A stretch of 64,000 bases of DNA from an uncultured Acidobacteriaceae bacterium (GCA_963808025.1 CAWEEI010000006.1:145519-209518); one strand, 5' to 3'. Shown: positions 11,996 to 23,741, counted from the stretch's first letter. Notes: generated by a model from the letters alone, not told the origin. Translations and numbers: made by a program.

Positions 11996-12283
11996 TCAGT
12001 CAAGTCGCATCAGTTCGAGATCGCCGTCCCACTGCACCTTGCCGCGGAGTTTAAGAATGCCACGTTGCAGGTGATAGGGACTTATGCGCCGGTAAAGTCC
12101 GCGCTCCACTCTCACAAACAATTCGCTTTCACTCCCGTTTCCTACTGCGTGCTTTCCAAGGAAGGTGTTGTAGGTACGGTCTGCCCAGCCCGGGCAGGCC
12201 TTTCGAACCATTGCGGCGTTGAAGGGCTCTGACAGTCTGTGGTCACGGACAGCCGCGTAGATTTGTGATCCGAATGTCTTCAT
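11996..12283 (-). CDS. Hypothetical protein with VapB/DUF2191-like C-terminal tail
   Basis: Lower-GC ORF MKTFGSQIYAAVRDHRLSEPF...; tail QRGILKLRGKVQWDGDLELMRLD. Confidence 0.55.
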   Translation of the reverse strand: MKTFGSQIYAAVRDHRLSEPFNAAMVRKACPGWADRTYNTFLGKHAVGNGSESELFVRVERGLYRRISPYHLQRGILKLRGKVQWDGDLELMRLD

Positions 12284-12305
12284 ACATGTTTTGTCTCCCA
12301 GCAGC

Positions 12306-12703
12306 TCAGCGTCTTTCCTGTTCCCATAAACGATATAAATTATCGCTCGGTAGACCAATTGCAGAACGGAAGCCCAAAGTAAACCCGATTTTCCAGCAGA
12401 GTCTCTCGTCAGCCTCTCGGTCGATATTCCTGGAAACTTCCTGGAAATGTTTGTTCAGCGCCTGATGCTCTGCTTGCGTGGCATTTTGATCGGGTTTCAT
12501 TTCCGCGTCTAGAAGTTCCCCTGCTGCACTACTAAGTTGACCATCCTTTTCGCTGTAATAGTCGATCGTTTCAGATATTCGCACGAGCATTCCACTAGTA
12601 GAGTGGTCACGAACAGGACTATCGCCAGCCTATGCCACCACTTCTTACTTAGGCCTAGCTGCCGAAACTTATTGCGGAATGGGAATAGTACGCTGAGCTC
12701 CAT
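12306..12703 (-). CDS. Lower-GC hypothetical membrane-anchored protein, probably frameshifted or decayed
   Basis: Overlapping ORFs 12509-12703 (KKWWHRLAIVLFVTTLLV) and 12306-12590. Confidence 0.35.
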
Positions 12704-12726
12704 GGCTCATTCTAGTCAGCTCCGCA

Positions 12727-14095
12727 TCAGTCTTCGGGTTTTTTGCGGAGGGCGGTGAGCTGGGGGTGGAGGAGTTTGGCGGTGAGGGAGCGGGTGAGGG
12801 CGTCGACCGCGGCCTGCTGCGCGGGGGTGAGGGGGGTGGCGGTGCCGGCGAGTTTGGCGGCGGTGCGGGCGAGTTCGGCCTGGCGGAGGGATTCGGCGTA
12901 TCTGCTGCAGGGCGAGGATGGCGGGGACGGCGTCGAGCGATTCGAGGCGCTGGTGGTACTTGTCGACCTCGGCGGTGACGATGTTCTCGGCGGCGGCGGA
13001 CTCGCGGCTGCGGTCGGCGAGGTGGGCGGCGGCGACCTGCTGCAGGTCGTCGATGTCGTAGACGAAGCAGCCCTCGACCTCGTTCATGCGCGGGGTCGAC
13101 GTCGCGGGGGACGGCGATGTCGATGAAGAACATGGGGCGGTGGCGGCGGCGCTCGAGGAAGGCGCGGCCGTGGGCGCGGTCGAAGATGTGGCGTTCGGAG
13201 CCGGTGGAGGTGATGACGATGTCGGCGCGGCCGGCCTGGGCGTGGAGCTGGTCGAAGGGGATGACTTCGGTGGTGCAGGCGAGCGGGCGGGTCGTTGGCG
13301 ATCTGGGTTGAGATGAGCTCGGCGATCTGGCCGGCGATGAGGGCGGCGCGCTCGGCGGTGCGGTTGGCGACGAGGATGGAGGTTGCGCCCTGCTGGATGA
13401 GGTGGCGGGCGGCGAGCTCGGACATCTTGCCGGCGCCGACGAGCAGGACGGTCTTGCCTTGGAGGCAGCCGAAGATCTTGCGGGCGAGGTCGACGGCGAC
13501 CGAGGCGATGGAGACGGAGGAGCTGCCGATCTGGGTCTCGGAGCGGACGCGCTTGGCGACGGAGAAGGCGCGCTGGAAGAGGGGTTCGAGCGCGGTGGCG
13601 ACGGCGCCGGCCTCGCGGGCGACGGTGTAGGACTGCTTGACCTGGCCGAGGATCTGCGGCTCGCCGACGACCATGGAGTCGAGCGAGCTGGCGACGCGGA
13701 AGAGATGGCGGATGGCCTCGCGCTCGCGGAACTCGTAGAGGTGGGGCTCGACGGTGGCGGCGGGGATGGCGAAGTACTCGTGCAGGAAGCGGAGGAGGTT
13801 GGGGGCGGCGGATTGCTGCGCGGCGGGGTCTGGCTGCGATTGGAAGGTGAGGAACTCGACGCGGTTGCAGGTGGAGAGGATGAGGGCTTCGCGGATGCCG
13901 GGCTGCTGGGTGAGGGTGCGGATGGCGTCGGCGAGGCGGGCGGCGGGGATGGCGAGGCGCTCGCGGACCTCGATGGGCGCGGTGGTGTGGTTGACGCCGA
14001 CGAGCACGAGCGAGCCCTCGGGCGCGCGCCGCGGCGCGGCGTCGGGCGCCGAGGCCGGGGGCACGATGGTCAGGCGCTGCGTGGATTTGGCTCAT
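12727..14095 (-). CDS. hemA: Glutamyl-tRNA reductase; frameshifted
   Basis: LVGVNHTTAPIEVRERLA, LSTCNRVE, SSLDSMVVGEPQILGQVK, GAGKMS, FFIDIAVPRD, YDIDDL. Confidence 0.95.
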
Positions 14096-14926
14096 GGCGT
14101 GGCGAACCTGTGCACGGCGGAGAACTGGTTGGCCGCCCAGACGGCGAGGACGACGAGGAAGACGAAGCTGGAGAGATAGACGGCGCGGCGGCCGCGCAGG
14201 CCGGAGCTGCGGCGGATGAAGATCATGGCGATGTAGGCGAGCCACATGGCGAAGGCGAGCAGGATCTTGGGGTCGCGGAAGTAGGCGGCGCCGAAGTCCT
14301 GCTGGGCGATGACGGAGCCGATGAGCAGGCCGGCGGTCATGCAGGGCAGGCCGAAGAGGAGGGTCTTGAGGGCGATCTGGTCGATCGTTTCGAGCGGGGT
14401 ATCGAGGGGCGGGAGAAAGTGGTGGGTGGTGGACTTGGATTTGAGGCGGCGTTCCTGAATCAGGTAGAGCAGCGAGGCGAGCAGCGAGCAGAGCAGCGCG
14501 GCGTAGGCGGCGAGGAGCAGGACGATGTGGAGGAAGATCCAGCCGGTGCGGAAGGGGACGGCGAAGGTCCTCGTGCCCGGGACGGAAGGCGGCGAGCATG
14601 GCGAGGAGGAAGGCGATGGGCAGCAGGAAGATGCCGATGGAGACGCTGCGGTAGCGGGCGTAGACGGCGAGGAAGGCGAGCGCGAGGATGAGGGCGAGGA
14701 GGGACTGGATCTCGTGGGTCTCGACGGGCAGGCGATGGTGGGCGGCGTTGAGGGTCTCGGCGAGGGAGACGAAGTGGAAGAGGACGGCGGCGACGGCGGC
14801 GGGGATGGCGAGGCTGCGCCACGCAGGGCTGACGCGGGCGGGATCGGCGGAGAGCGCGGCGGGCAGCACCGCGAGGGCGGCGATGCCGTAGAGGACGACC
14901 GCGACACGGAGCCAGAGGAGGGTCAT
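14092..14926 (-). CDS. CcsA/HemX-like cytochrome c assembly family membrane protein; frameshift near 14580
   Basis: Multi-TM; [36 protein letters not shown]; overlaps the hemA start. Confidence 0.85.
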
Positions 14927-15113
14927 AGAAGAGTTAGGGCCACCTTGCAGTATATCCGGCGGGCGGGCATGGACGCGGGCGCGCGCGGGTTGGAGTTGCG
15001 TGCCGGGCATCTGGTATCAGGGTCGGCGAGGGAGGGCAGTATGGGCAGTGACGTTGGTCACAGGGAGTCAGCTTGAGTGCGCCAAGGGTGGGGTGCGGTA
15101 TTCTGGCGGTTCG

Positions 15114-18028
15114 GTGAGCGATGCGATGAAGGTGGATGCGGCGAGGGCGGCGGCTGAGCAGACGCCGGTGATGCGGCAGTACTTCGCGGCGAAGCAGGCG
15201 CACCCGGACTGCCTGATGTTCTGCCGCATCGGGGACTTCTACGAGCTGTTCTACGAGGACGCGATTGTGGCCTCGCGCGAGCTGCAACTGACCCTGACCG
15301 CGCGCGACCGCGAGAAGAAGCAGCCGATGTGCGGCGTGCCGTACCACGCGGCGGAGCAGTACATCCAGCGGCTGCTGCGCAAGGGCTACCGCATCGCGCT
15401 GTGCGAGCAGATGGAAGACCCCAAGCTGACCAAGAAGATCGTGCGGCGCGAGGTGACGCGGGTGCTGACGCCGGGGACGGTGGCGGATTCGGGGCTGGGG
15501 GCGGAGCAGAGCAACTGGCTGGCGAGCGTGGCTGCGGTTGGGGCGGGTCCGGCGGCTGTGCGTGGGGCTGGCGCTGGTGGATCTGTCGACGGGGGAGTTT
15601 CGCGCGACGGAGTTTGCCGGGGCGGGGGCGTGGGCGCAGTTGGCGGATGAGGTGGGGCGGGTGAGGCCGGTGGAGATGTTGTTCGCGGAGGGTGGGCTTC
15701 GGAAGGTACAACAGCAGGTCCGTCGGCTCCGCTGCGCTTCGCTCAGGATGACAATTCTGTCGGGGCTTTGGGGAAGGAAGGCGGGAGCGGCGGTGGATGG
15801 TTGGAGGGGGTGCGGACGAGGACGGCGCTGGAGGATTGGGTGTTTACGGCGGAGTATGCGGTGCCGCTGCTGCGGCGGCACTTTGGGGTGCAGTCGCTGG
15901 ATGGGATGGGGCTGGGCGGGCATGAGGCGGCGGCGGTGGCGGCGGGGGCGCTGGTGCATTACTTGCAGAAGACGATGCAGGGTGGGCTGGAGCATGTGGA
16001 TGCGGTGCGGTTTTACGAGCGGGCGGAGGTGCCTGGCGCTGGATGCGGTGAGCGTGCGGAATCTGGAGCTGGTGGAGCCGCTGTTTTCGGGCGAGTCGGC
16101 GCAGACGACGCTGTTCCATACGCTGGATGCGTGCTGCACGCCGATGGGCAAGCGGCTGCTGCGGGCGACGCTGCTGCGGCCGGCGAGCGAGTTGGCGGGA
16201 GATTGAGGCGCGGCTGGATGCGGTGGGCGAGGCGGCGGGCGACCTGCGGCGGCGCGAGGGGGTGCGGCGGGCGATGGATGGGCTGCTCGATCTGGAGCGG
16301 CTGCTGGGGAGGGTGGCGCTGGATTCGGCTGGGCCGCGGGAGGTGATGGCGCTGGCGGGCGACGCTGGCGTGTCTGCCGGGGGTGCGGGAGGCGGTGGGG
16401 AGGTTTGAGGCGACAGGTGGAGGGAGCTGGTGGGTGGAATTTCCACAGCGAATTCCACAGGGATTTCCACAGAAAATCCGCTGGATTTCCCCGGTATATC
16501 CACAGCATCTTCCACAGGGATTTCCACAGGATTCGACGCGATGGAGGACCTGCACCGATTGATCGTGGAGACGGTGGTGGAGGAGCCTCCGGTGACGCTG
16601 GCGGATGGTGGGGTGATGCGCGCGGGGGTGGATGCGGAGCTGGATGAGCTGCGGGAGCTGGGGCGGTCGGGGCGGCAGGCGCTGGCGGGGATTGAGGAGC
16701 GGGAGCGGCAGCGGACGGGGATTGGGAGCCTGAAGGTGAGGTTCAACTCAGTGTTTGGGTATTACCTGGAAGTGACTAAGGCGAATAGCAGATCGGTTCC
16801 GGCGGATTATGAGCGGAAGCAGACGCTGGTGAATGCGGAGCGGTTTACGACGCCGGAGCTGAAGGAGTATGAGGCGAAGATTTTGACGGCGCAGGAGCGG
16901 TCGGGGGAGATCGAGCGGCGGATCTTTGCGCGAGCTGCGGCGGCAGCTGCTGGACGCGGCGGGGCGGATGCGGGAGACGGCGCGGCGGGTGGCGGAGATC
17001 GATATGCTGGCATGTTTTGCACATCTGGCGGCGCTGCGGGGGTGGGTGCGGCCGCAGGTGGAGGATTCGGGGGTGCTGGAGTTTGTGGCGGGGACGGCAT
17101 CCGGTGGTGGAGAGGAGGATGGAGGAGTCGGGCGGGGGGAGGTTTGTGCCGAACTCGATCTCGCTGGAGGGGTGGTTGGAGGGGACGGACGAGAGGCAAC
17201 CCACCCTTTCCGATGAAACTGGAAAGGATGGGCCACCCGAGGGTCGTGGCTCGTCTGGGCACCTGCGTCGATTGCGCTGATTACGGGGCCGAATATGGGG
17301 GGCAAGAGTACGTATCTGCGGCAGGCGGCGCTGCTGGTGGTGATGGCGCAGTGCGGGGTGTTTTGTGCCGGCGGAGCGGATGCGGCTGGGGCTGGTGGAC
17401 CGGATCTATACGCGGATTGGGGCGAGCGACAATGTGGCGCGGGGGCGGTCGACGTTTATGGTGGAGATGACGGAGACGGCGGCGATTCTGAACACGGCGA
17501 CGGCGCGAAGCCTGGTGCTGCTGGATGAGATGGGGCGTGGAACTGCGACATACGATGGGCTTTCGCTGGCGTGGGCGACGGTGGAGCATCTGCATGAGAG
17601 GATCGGGGCGCGGACACTGTTTGCGACGCACTACCACGAGCTGACTCTGCTGGCGGAGCGGCTGCCGCGGCTGAAGAACCTGCGGGTGACGGTGAAGGAG
17701 ACGGCGGGCGGGATCGTGTTTCTGCATACGGTGGAGGCGGGGGCGGCGAGCAAGAGCTACGGGATCGAGGTGGCGCGGCTGGCGGGGCTGCCGACGGGGG
17801 TGATTGCGCGGGCGCGGGAGGTGCTGAAGCTGCATGAGCGGGCGGAGACGCAGCAGGTGGCGCAGTGCGCTGGAGCCGGCGGGAGGGGCGATGCAGATGA
17901 CGATGTTTACGCCGCTGTCGCAGAGGATTGTGGACCGGATGGCGGCGGTGGATGTGGATGGGCTGACGCCGCGGGAGGCGCTGGCTCTGCTGGCGGAGTT
18001 GCAGCGCGAGTTGGGAGCCAGCTCATGA
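15114..18028 (+). CDS. mutS: DNA mismatch repair protein MutS with internal insertions; frameshifted
   Basis: [98 protein letters not shown]. Confidence 0.97.
16434..16530 (+). repeat. Phased 11-12 bp direct-repeat array of TCCACA (DnaA-box-like) inside mutS
   Basis: TCCACA at 16442, 16454, 16466, 16499, 16511, 16523; degenerate copies at 16477 and 16488; inverted half (gtggaa) at 16434. Confidence 0.85.
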
Positions 18029-19268
18029 TCGCGAGGTCGAAACCGAAGGCGATGGTGGTGGCGGGGGTGATGAGCGGGACGTCGGCGGATGGGGTCGATG
18101 TGGCCGTGTGCCGGATTGCGCCGGGGGCGCGGGCGGGGGATGCGCCGCGGGTGAAGCTGCTGGGGCATGTAGGGGTGGGCGTATCCGCGGGCGGTGCGGG
18201 CGGAGGTGATGCGGGTGATGGAGGGGGAGCGGTGACGGCGGCGGAGATGAGCCGGCTGAATTGGCGGCTGGGGGAGATTTATGCGGGGGCGGTGGTGAAG
18301 ACTTGTTGGGAGGTGGGTGTCGGGGTGGGGAGAATCCCCACGTCAGACCAAGGTCTGACATGGGGCACCCAAAGGCGTTGGGGTTGGTGGGGATGCATGG
18401 GCAGACGGTGCATCATGACGCGGCGGGAGTGCGGGCGCTGGGCGCGCGGGTGCGTTCGACGTGGCAGATGGGCGAGGCGGCGGTGGTGGCGGAGCGGGTG
18501 CGGTGTCCGGTGGTGAGCGATTTTCGGCCGGCGGATCTGGCGGCGGGCGGGCAGGGTGCGCCGCTGGTGCCGATGCTGGACTGGTGCCTGTTCCGGTCGA
18601 AGACGCGAGGGAGGGTGCTGCTGAACCTGGGCGGGATTGCGAATCTGACGGCGATCCCGGCTGGGGGTGGGTTGGAGGAGGTGGTGGCGTTCGATAGTGG
18701 GCCGGGGAATATGGTGATTGATGCGTGCATGGGGGAGCTGTATGGGAAGCGGTACGATCGCGGTGGGGCGGTGGCGCGGCAGGGGCGGGTGATGCGGGGG
18801 GTGGTGGGGAGGGTGATGCGCGAGCGGTACTTCCCTGCCCTGCCGCCGAAGTCGTGTGGGCGGGAGGAGTTTGGGGCGGGGTTTGCGGCGCGGTTTATTG
18901 CCATGTGCCGGGATGCGGGTGGGAGCGATGCGGATGTGGTGGCGACGGCAACGGCACTGACGGCGGAGTCGGTGGTGGAGGCGTATCGGCGGTTTGTGAT
19001 GGAGAGGTTCGCGGGGTCGAAGGTGGAGGCGATTGTGGCGGGGGGTGGGGTGCGGAATGGGACGCTGATGGGGATGCTGCGGGAGGGATTCGGCGGGCTG
19101 GGGGTGAGGGTGCGGGCGATGGACGAGGTTGGGGTTCCGGCGCAGGCGAAGGAGGCGGTGGCGTTTGCGCTGCTGGCTTGGCTGACGTGGCATGGGAGGG
19201 CGGGGAATGTTCCGGCGGCTACGGGAGCGGGGCGAGCGGTGGTGCTGGGGAAGGTTTCGTTCGGATGA
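18025..19268 (+). CDS. anmK: Anhydro-N-acetylmuramic acid kinase; frameshifted
   Basis: [70 protein letters not shown]. Confidence 0.95.
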
Positions 19269-19837
19269 CCACTCTTGGGAGCAAAGATCGGTGGTGGAAT
19301 CGGCGGGTGCCAACCCTGAAGATTAGTGTCCTCGTGGGAGTTGTTTTGATTGGGTTCCTCGCGTTTCTGTTTTGTGGGGATTTTGTCGCGAACGCTGTGT
19401 GGAGTGTTAGCCATCGACGAGCGGCGAGCTTTCGAGGACAGACTCTGAAGCTGCCTTGGCTATGGCGGGAAGAAGCGTGGACCAACTACAACGAGTTTGA
19501 TCTGACTCGGAGATATGTTGGGGTTGCGTTGCCTTCGACGGCGATGGTCAGGTATGTGAATCTTTCGAAGGCGGATGTTCCGAGGGAGATAGACGGCTTC
19601 CGAAGACTCTACGCCAACCTATCTAGCAAGGCGCCCGGTACATATACACGCGAAGATTTGATTGATGCCATTTTCGTCTGCGAGGATCAGGGGTCCAATC
19701 GGTCACAGATTCTTTTCATCAATTGCATCTCTCGGGATGGCCGTTGGAGGGTTACGTTTATTGGCCTGGAACGGAGCCGGTCGAACTTCGAGATGATTCT
19801 GAAAGGGGTGGCGTCGATGGGGACTCCGTCGAAGTGA
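19265..19837 (+). CDS. Lower-GC hypothetical membrane-anchored protein
   Basis: ATGA overlap with the anmK stop; N-terminal TM (VLVGVVLIGFLAFLFCG). Confidence 0.6.
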   Translation: MTTLGSKDRWWNRRVPTLKISVLVGVVLIGFLAFLFCGDFVANAVWSVSHRRAASFRGQTLKLPWLWREEAWTNYNEFDLTRRYVGVALPSTAMVRYVNLSKADVPREIDGFRRLYANLSSKAPGTYTREDLIDAIFVCEDQGSNRSQILFINCISRDGRWRVTFIGLERSRSNFEMILKGVASMGTPSK

Positions 19838-19905
19838 TCGGTACAGGCCAGGCCGGACGGTTGAAGAAGACGGTCGAGCTTCGCTCGATACCCCACCCTG
19901 TCGCG

Positions 19906-21556
19906 ATGAAACCGCGCCGAGGATGGGGCACCCGGGTTTGTGGAGGAGTGGTGCTGGGGCTGTGTGCGGCGATGGTGGGGTGTCATGGCGCGGGGCCGGA
20001 GGCGGGGACGGTGGTGGTGGTGATTGAGAGCAGCCCGAACAATCTCGACCTGCGGCAGGGGACGGATGCGCAGTCGGCGCGGGTGGGCGGTCTGATCTTC
20101 GATGCGCTGGTGAAGAAGGACGAGCACGACAACCTGCGGCCGTGGCTGGCGACGAGCTGGGAGCAGCCGGACCCGCTGACGTGGGTGATCCATCTGCGCG
20201 ATGGGGTGCGGTTTCCGATGGGCGGCCGCTGGAGGCGGCGGATGTGGTGTGGACGATTGAGAGCCTGATCGACCCAAAGCTGACGGCGGGGCTGCCGGGC
20301 GGGACGCTGGTGAGCGCGGTGAGCGGGAACTTTGCGAGTGTTGACCGCGCGGTTGCGCTTGCGACCGGCTGACGGTGGCGGTACACATGAAGCGGCCGGA
20401 TGCGGGGCTGCTGTTCAACATGAGCGATGGGCTGTTTGGCGTGGTTCCGCGCGGGGCGGGGAGCGACTTTGGGCTGCACCCGGTTGGGTCGGGGCCGTTT
20501 AGGTTTGTGAGCCAGGTGCAGGACAAAGAGGTGGTGGTGGAGAGGAACCACGATTGCTGGAGTGACGGGATGAGCGGCAAAGATCCCACCCATCGCGATA
20601 CGGCCGCGATGGATGGGGCACCCGGGCTTTCGGAGATTGAGAGGGTGCGGTTTATGGTGGTGCCGGATGGGATTACAACGGCGCTGGAGCTGCGCAAGGG
20701 TTCGGCGGACGTGAGCAGCAATGCGCTGACGCCGGACATGGTGTACGCGCTGCGCGATGCGCCGGGGCTCGAGACCTCGCGGGTGACGGGCTCGAATGTG
20801 TGGTATCTGAACTTCAACGTGGCGGAGGGCGCGCTGCGCGACAAGCGGGTGCGGCAGGCGATCGCGCTGGCGATCGACCGGCCGGCGATTATTGCGTCGC
20901 TGTGGCGGGGACATGCGCGACCTGCGGAGTCGCTGCTGCCGGAGGGGCACTGGGCGGCGGCGACGCATGAGGAGCTGGCGCAGTATCCGCATGACCCGGC
21001 GCGGGCGCAGGCGCTGCTGGAGGCGGCGGGGTATCGCGCGGGGCGGGATGGGGTGCGGCTGCGACTGAGCTGAAGAGTCTCGACGGAGGAGGAGACGCGG
21101 CTGCTGGCGGCGGTGCTGCAGCAGCAACTGCGTGCGGCGGGGATCGCGTTGACGATCCGGTCGGCGGAGTTTGGGACGTTTTACTCGGATGTGACGAAGG
21201 GGGCGTTCCAGATGTACGTGCTGAAGTGGGTGGGGTCGAATGAGGACCCGGATATCTTTCGGTATATGTATTCGTCGGCGAGCTTTCCGCCAAAGGGCGC
21301 GAACCGCGGCCACTACGTCAACGCAGAGGTAGACGCGCTGCTGGCGAAGGCGGCGCAGGAGACCGGGCCGGCGGCGGAGGTGTTGGCGCGGCGGCGGGCT
21401 GAGTATATGGAGGTGGAGGAGATACTGGCGGAGGAGATGCCGTCGGTGCCGCTGTGGTATCCGGACAGCGAGGTGGTGCATACGACGCGGCTGGCGGGGG
21501 TGCGGGCGCGGGAGGATGGGAGCTTCGATTTTTTAAGGGATGGGCGGGTGAGGTAG
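19906..21556 (+). CDS. Family 5 (peptide/nickel) ABC transporter substrate-binding lipoprotein; frameshifted; start may be GTG 19834
   Basis: Lipobox-like MVGC, IESSPNNLD, LIFDALV, HLRDGVRF, PVGSGPF, VRQAIALAIDR, ANRGHYVNAEVD. Confidence 0.88.
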
Positions 21557-21570
21557 GAAAGAGCCAATAC

Positions 21571-21610
21571 AGAGATTCTGGCCTTCGGCTTCGCTCAGGC
21601 CAGAATGACG
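21571..21610 (+). repeat. REP-like palindrome family B
   Basis: gattctggcc-ttcggcttcgctca-ggccagaatgacg. Confidence 0.8.
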
Positions 21611-21641
21611 GCATTTGAGGGCGATAGGTGGGGCGCGCGGC

Positions 21642-22034
21642 TTATTCCGCGGCCTGGTGGGCGAGGGTTTCGATGACGGCGATGTTGGCGAGGAGGTCTT
21701 CGGGGAGGTTGTGGCGGGCGCGGAGGTAGGCGGGGGAGTTCCAGGTGATGGTGGTTGCGCCGGTAGGGTCCTGCGCGATGAGGAGTTTGAGTGGGAGGTC
21801 GATGGCGATGGAGGGTGAGGCGAGCATGAGGGGCGTGCCGGCTTTGGGGTTGCCGAAGATAACGACTTTGGTGGGCGGCATGGCGAGGCCGGCGGCGGCG
21901 GCTTCGCCGGAGTGGTCGATGACGACGAAGAGCTTGACACCTTTGGCGGCGAGCAGTTGGGTGAGGCGCGCGACGGTCTCGTCGGCGGAGTGGTGGGAGG
22001 AGATGGATAGGAGGCCGGATTCGGGAGGGGTCAT
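21642..22034 (-). CDS. DUF302 domain protein
   Basis: IDHSGEAAAAGL..VIFGNPKAGTPLM..IAIDLPLKLLI. Confidence 0.9.
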   Translation of the reverse strand: MTPPESGLLSISSHHSADETVARLTQLLAAKGVKLFVVIDHSGEAAAAGLAMPPTKVVIFGNPKAGTPLMLASPSIAIDLPLKLLIAQDPTGATTITWNSPAYLRARHNLPEDLLANIAVIETLAHQAAE

Positions 22035-22078
22035 GGGTGCCTCCTTGCGCTGTTATGGGAGCGCGAGCCAGGTCTGAA

Positions 22079-22134
22079 ATGCGGGGGTCCCTCCGCTCCG
22101 GCGGCAAAGAACGCCGCCTTCGGTCGGGATGACG
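22079..22134 (+). repeat. REP-like palindrome family B
   Basis: atgcgggggtccctccgctccggcggcaaagaacgccgccttcggtcgggatgacg. Confidence 0.75.
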
Positions 22135-22173
22135 GCCATTCAGGATTAAGGGTTAGTTGATGCTGCGCGCGGT

Positions 22174-22247
22174 TGGTTGCCCCCCAGGGATTCGAACCCC
22201 GATCGAGCGAGTCAGAGTCGCTTGTCCTACCATTGAACGAGGGGGCA
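22174..22247 (-). tRNA. tRNA-Gln (CTG)
   Basis: Minus strand TGCCCCCTCGTTCAATGGTAGGACAAGCGACTCTGACTCGCTCGATCGGGGTTCGAATCCCTGGGGGGCAACCA. Confidence 0.96.
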
Positions 22248-22349
22248 CCGGCGATGCACGATTGCCGGAGCGAAGCGGACTGACGCGACCGCTGGCTGCC
22301 TTATTGAGTGTACTGGGGTGAGTGTGCGGGGTCAACGGCGGGTGGGCGG

Positions 22350-23618
22350 CTACTCGACGGGGCGTTTGGCGTTGTAGCCGTCGCGGGCGACGACGTCGTA
22401 CTTGAGGGGCTTGCCTTTTTCGTCCTGCATCTGGAGGGGGTGGCCTTCGTTGTCCACGAGGATGACTTTAATCTTGCGGTAGCTGCCGTCGTTGGCCATG
22501 TTGGTGGGGCGGTAGGTGAGCAGGTACTGGTTGCGGATGGAGTTATTGATCTGACTGAAGTCGTCGGGCAGCTCGCCCTGGAAGATGGGGGCGAAGTAGA
22601 GGCCGCCGGTCATGGTGGCGAAGGTGCGCATCTCGTTCTGGGCCTGGAGGTAGTTAATCTCGCGCATGCCTCCGCCGCGGCCCATCTCGTTGAGGATGGC
22701 GCCGGTGGAGATGGTGAAGATGGTGACGTTTGGAGTGGCCTTGATCTTGGCGAGGATCTTGTCGAAGTTGACTTTGGAGAAGGTGTCAGCGCCGGAGCCG
22801 ATGAGCAGGATGTATTTGCGGCCCTCGATGCGGCTGGTGCGGTCAAGCGCCTCGTAGAGCGCGTCGAACATGTCGGTGTCGGAGAAGCCGGGGAGGGTGA
22901 GCGAGTTGAGCGCCTGCGCGACGACCTGCTGGTTGTTGGTGAAGTCGGAGAGGATGTGGGTCTGCAGGTCGTAGGTCATGACGGCGACATAGTCATCGGG
23001 GCGCAGGGAGTGGAAGAAGCCGACGGCGGCGTTGCGCATGTCGTTGATGAGGACGTAGGAGTTGGCGGCGAACTCGAGCAGCATGACGGCGGTGATGGGC
23101 GTCTGCGTGATGCGGACGGTGTCGACCTTCTGCTCCACGCCATCTTCGAGGACGAGGAAGTTGGAGGCTTTGAGGCCGGGGACGAACTGGTGGTTCTGGT
23201 TGAGGATGACGGAGACATCCAAATTGACGATGGGGACGTCGACGCGCAGGGAGTAGGTGGCGCCGCCGGGGTTCCTGACCCGAGGCTCTTCGGGGGCGGG
23301 CGGCGGTTCGTCGGATGGCTTCTTTTTCGGGATGACGATGGGGCCGTTGTCGGTGTTGGGGCCGGAGTTGTCCTGGGTTTGGGATGCGGGAGGGGCGGCT
23401 TGTGGCGGGGCCTGCGTTTGGGCGTGTGCGGCGGGGAGGACCAAAGCGATTGCGGCGAGAGTAAGGGCGGCGAGCAGCGCGGTGAGGAGGAGCTCGCGCG
23501 AAGCAGGGGACCGTCGCATGCGGCAATCTCGTAGACCCGGGTGCAGGCCGAGTCGAGTGCGGGGGCGCACGGAGCGATTTCTTTGCGGGGCCATCGAGTT
23601 CGGATTCATGGTCGGCAT
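22350..23618 (-). CDS. Acidobacterial VWA-domain protein (TIGR03436-like); start uncertain
   Basis: LRVDVPIVNLDVSV..FLVLEDGVEQKV..MFDALY..GRKYILLIGSGADTFS..IRNQYLLTYRPTN..DGSYRKIKV..RDGY. Confidence 0.88.
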   Translation of the reverse strand: MPTMNPNSMAPQRNRSVRPRTRLGLHPGLRDCRMRRSPASRELLLTALLAALTLAAIALVLPAAHAQTQAPPQAAPPASQTQDNSGPNTDNGPIVIPKKKPSDEPPPAPEEPRVRNPGGATYSLRVDVPIVNLDVSVILNQNHQFVPGLKASNFLVLEDGVEQKVDTVRITQTPITAVMLLEFAANSYVLINDMRNAAVGFFHSLRPDDYVAVMTYDLQTHILSDFTNNQQVVAQALNSLTLPGFSDTDMFDALYEALDRTSRIEGRKYILLIGSGADTFSKVNFDKILAKIKATPNVTIFTISTGAILNEMGRGGGMREINYLQAQNEMRTFATMTGGLYFAPIFQGELPDDFSQINNSIRNQYLLTYRPTNMANDGSYRKIKVILVDNEGHPLQMQDEKGKPLKYDVVARDGYNAKRPVE

Positions 23619-23741
23619 GGTCTCTAAACTTTACTCCCGGTTAGACGATTTTCGCGTCTATCTGGATGTGTGCATAGGCAAGCGTGCGACATCCAGGTTT
23701 ATATTCGCTCGCGTTGGGGCTGGTTGTTCTAGTCTGTGGAG

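Noticed and set aside
11997-12735. Possible direct repeat (cgcatcagt) flanking the lower-GC insert after hemA
   Set aside because: A 9-nt core with gapped flanks could arise by chance
16434-16530. mutS repeat array as oriC or a CRISPR array
   Set aside because: No dnaA/dnaN nearby, no skew inversion here and no clear unwinding element; units are 11-12 bp without unique spacers
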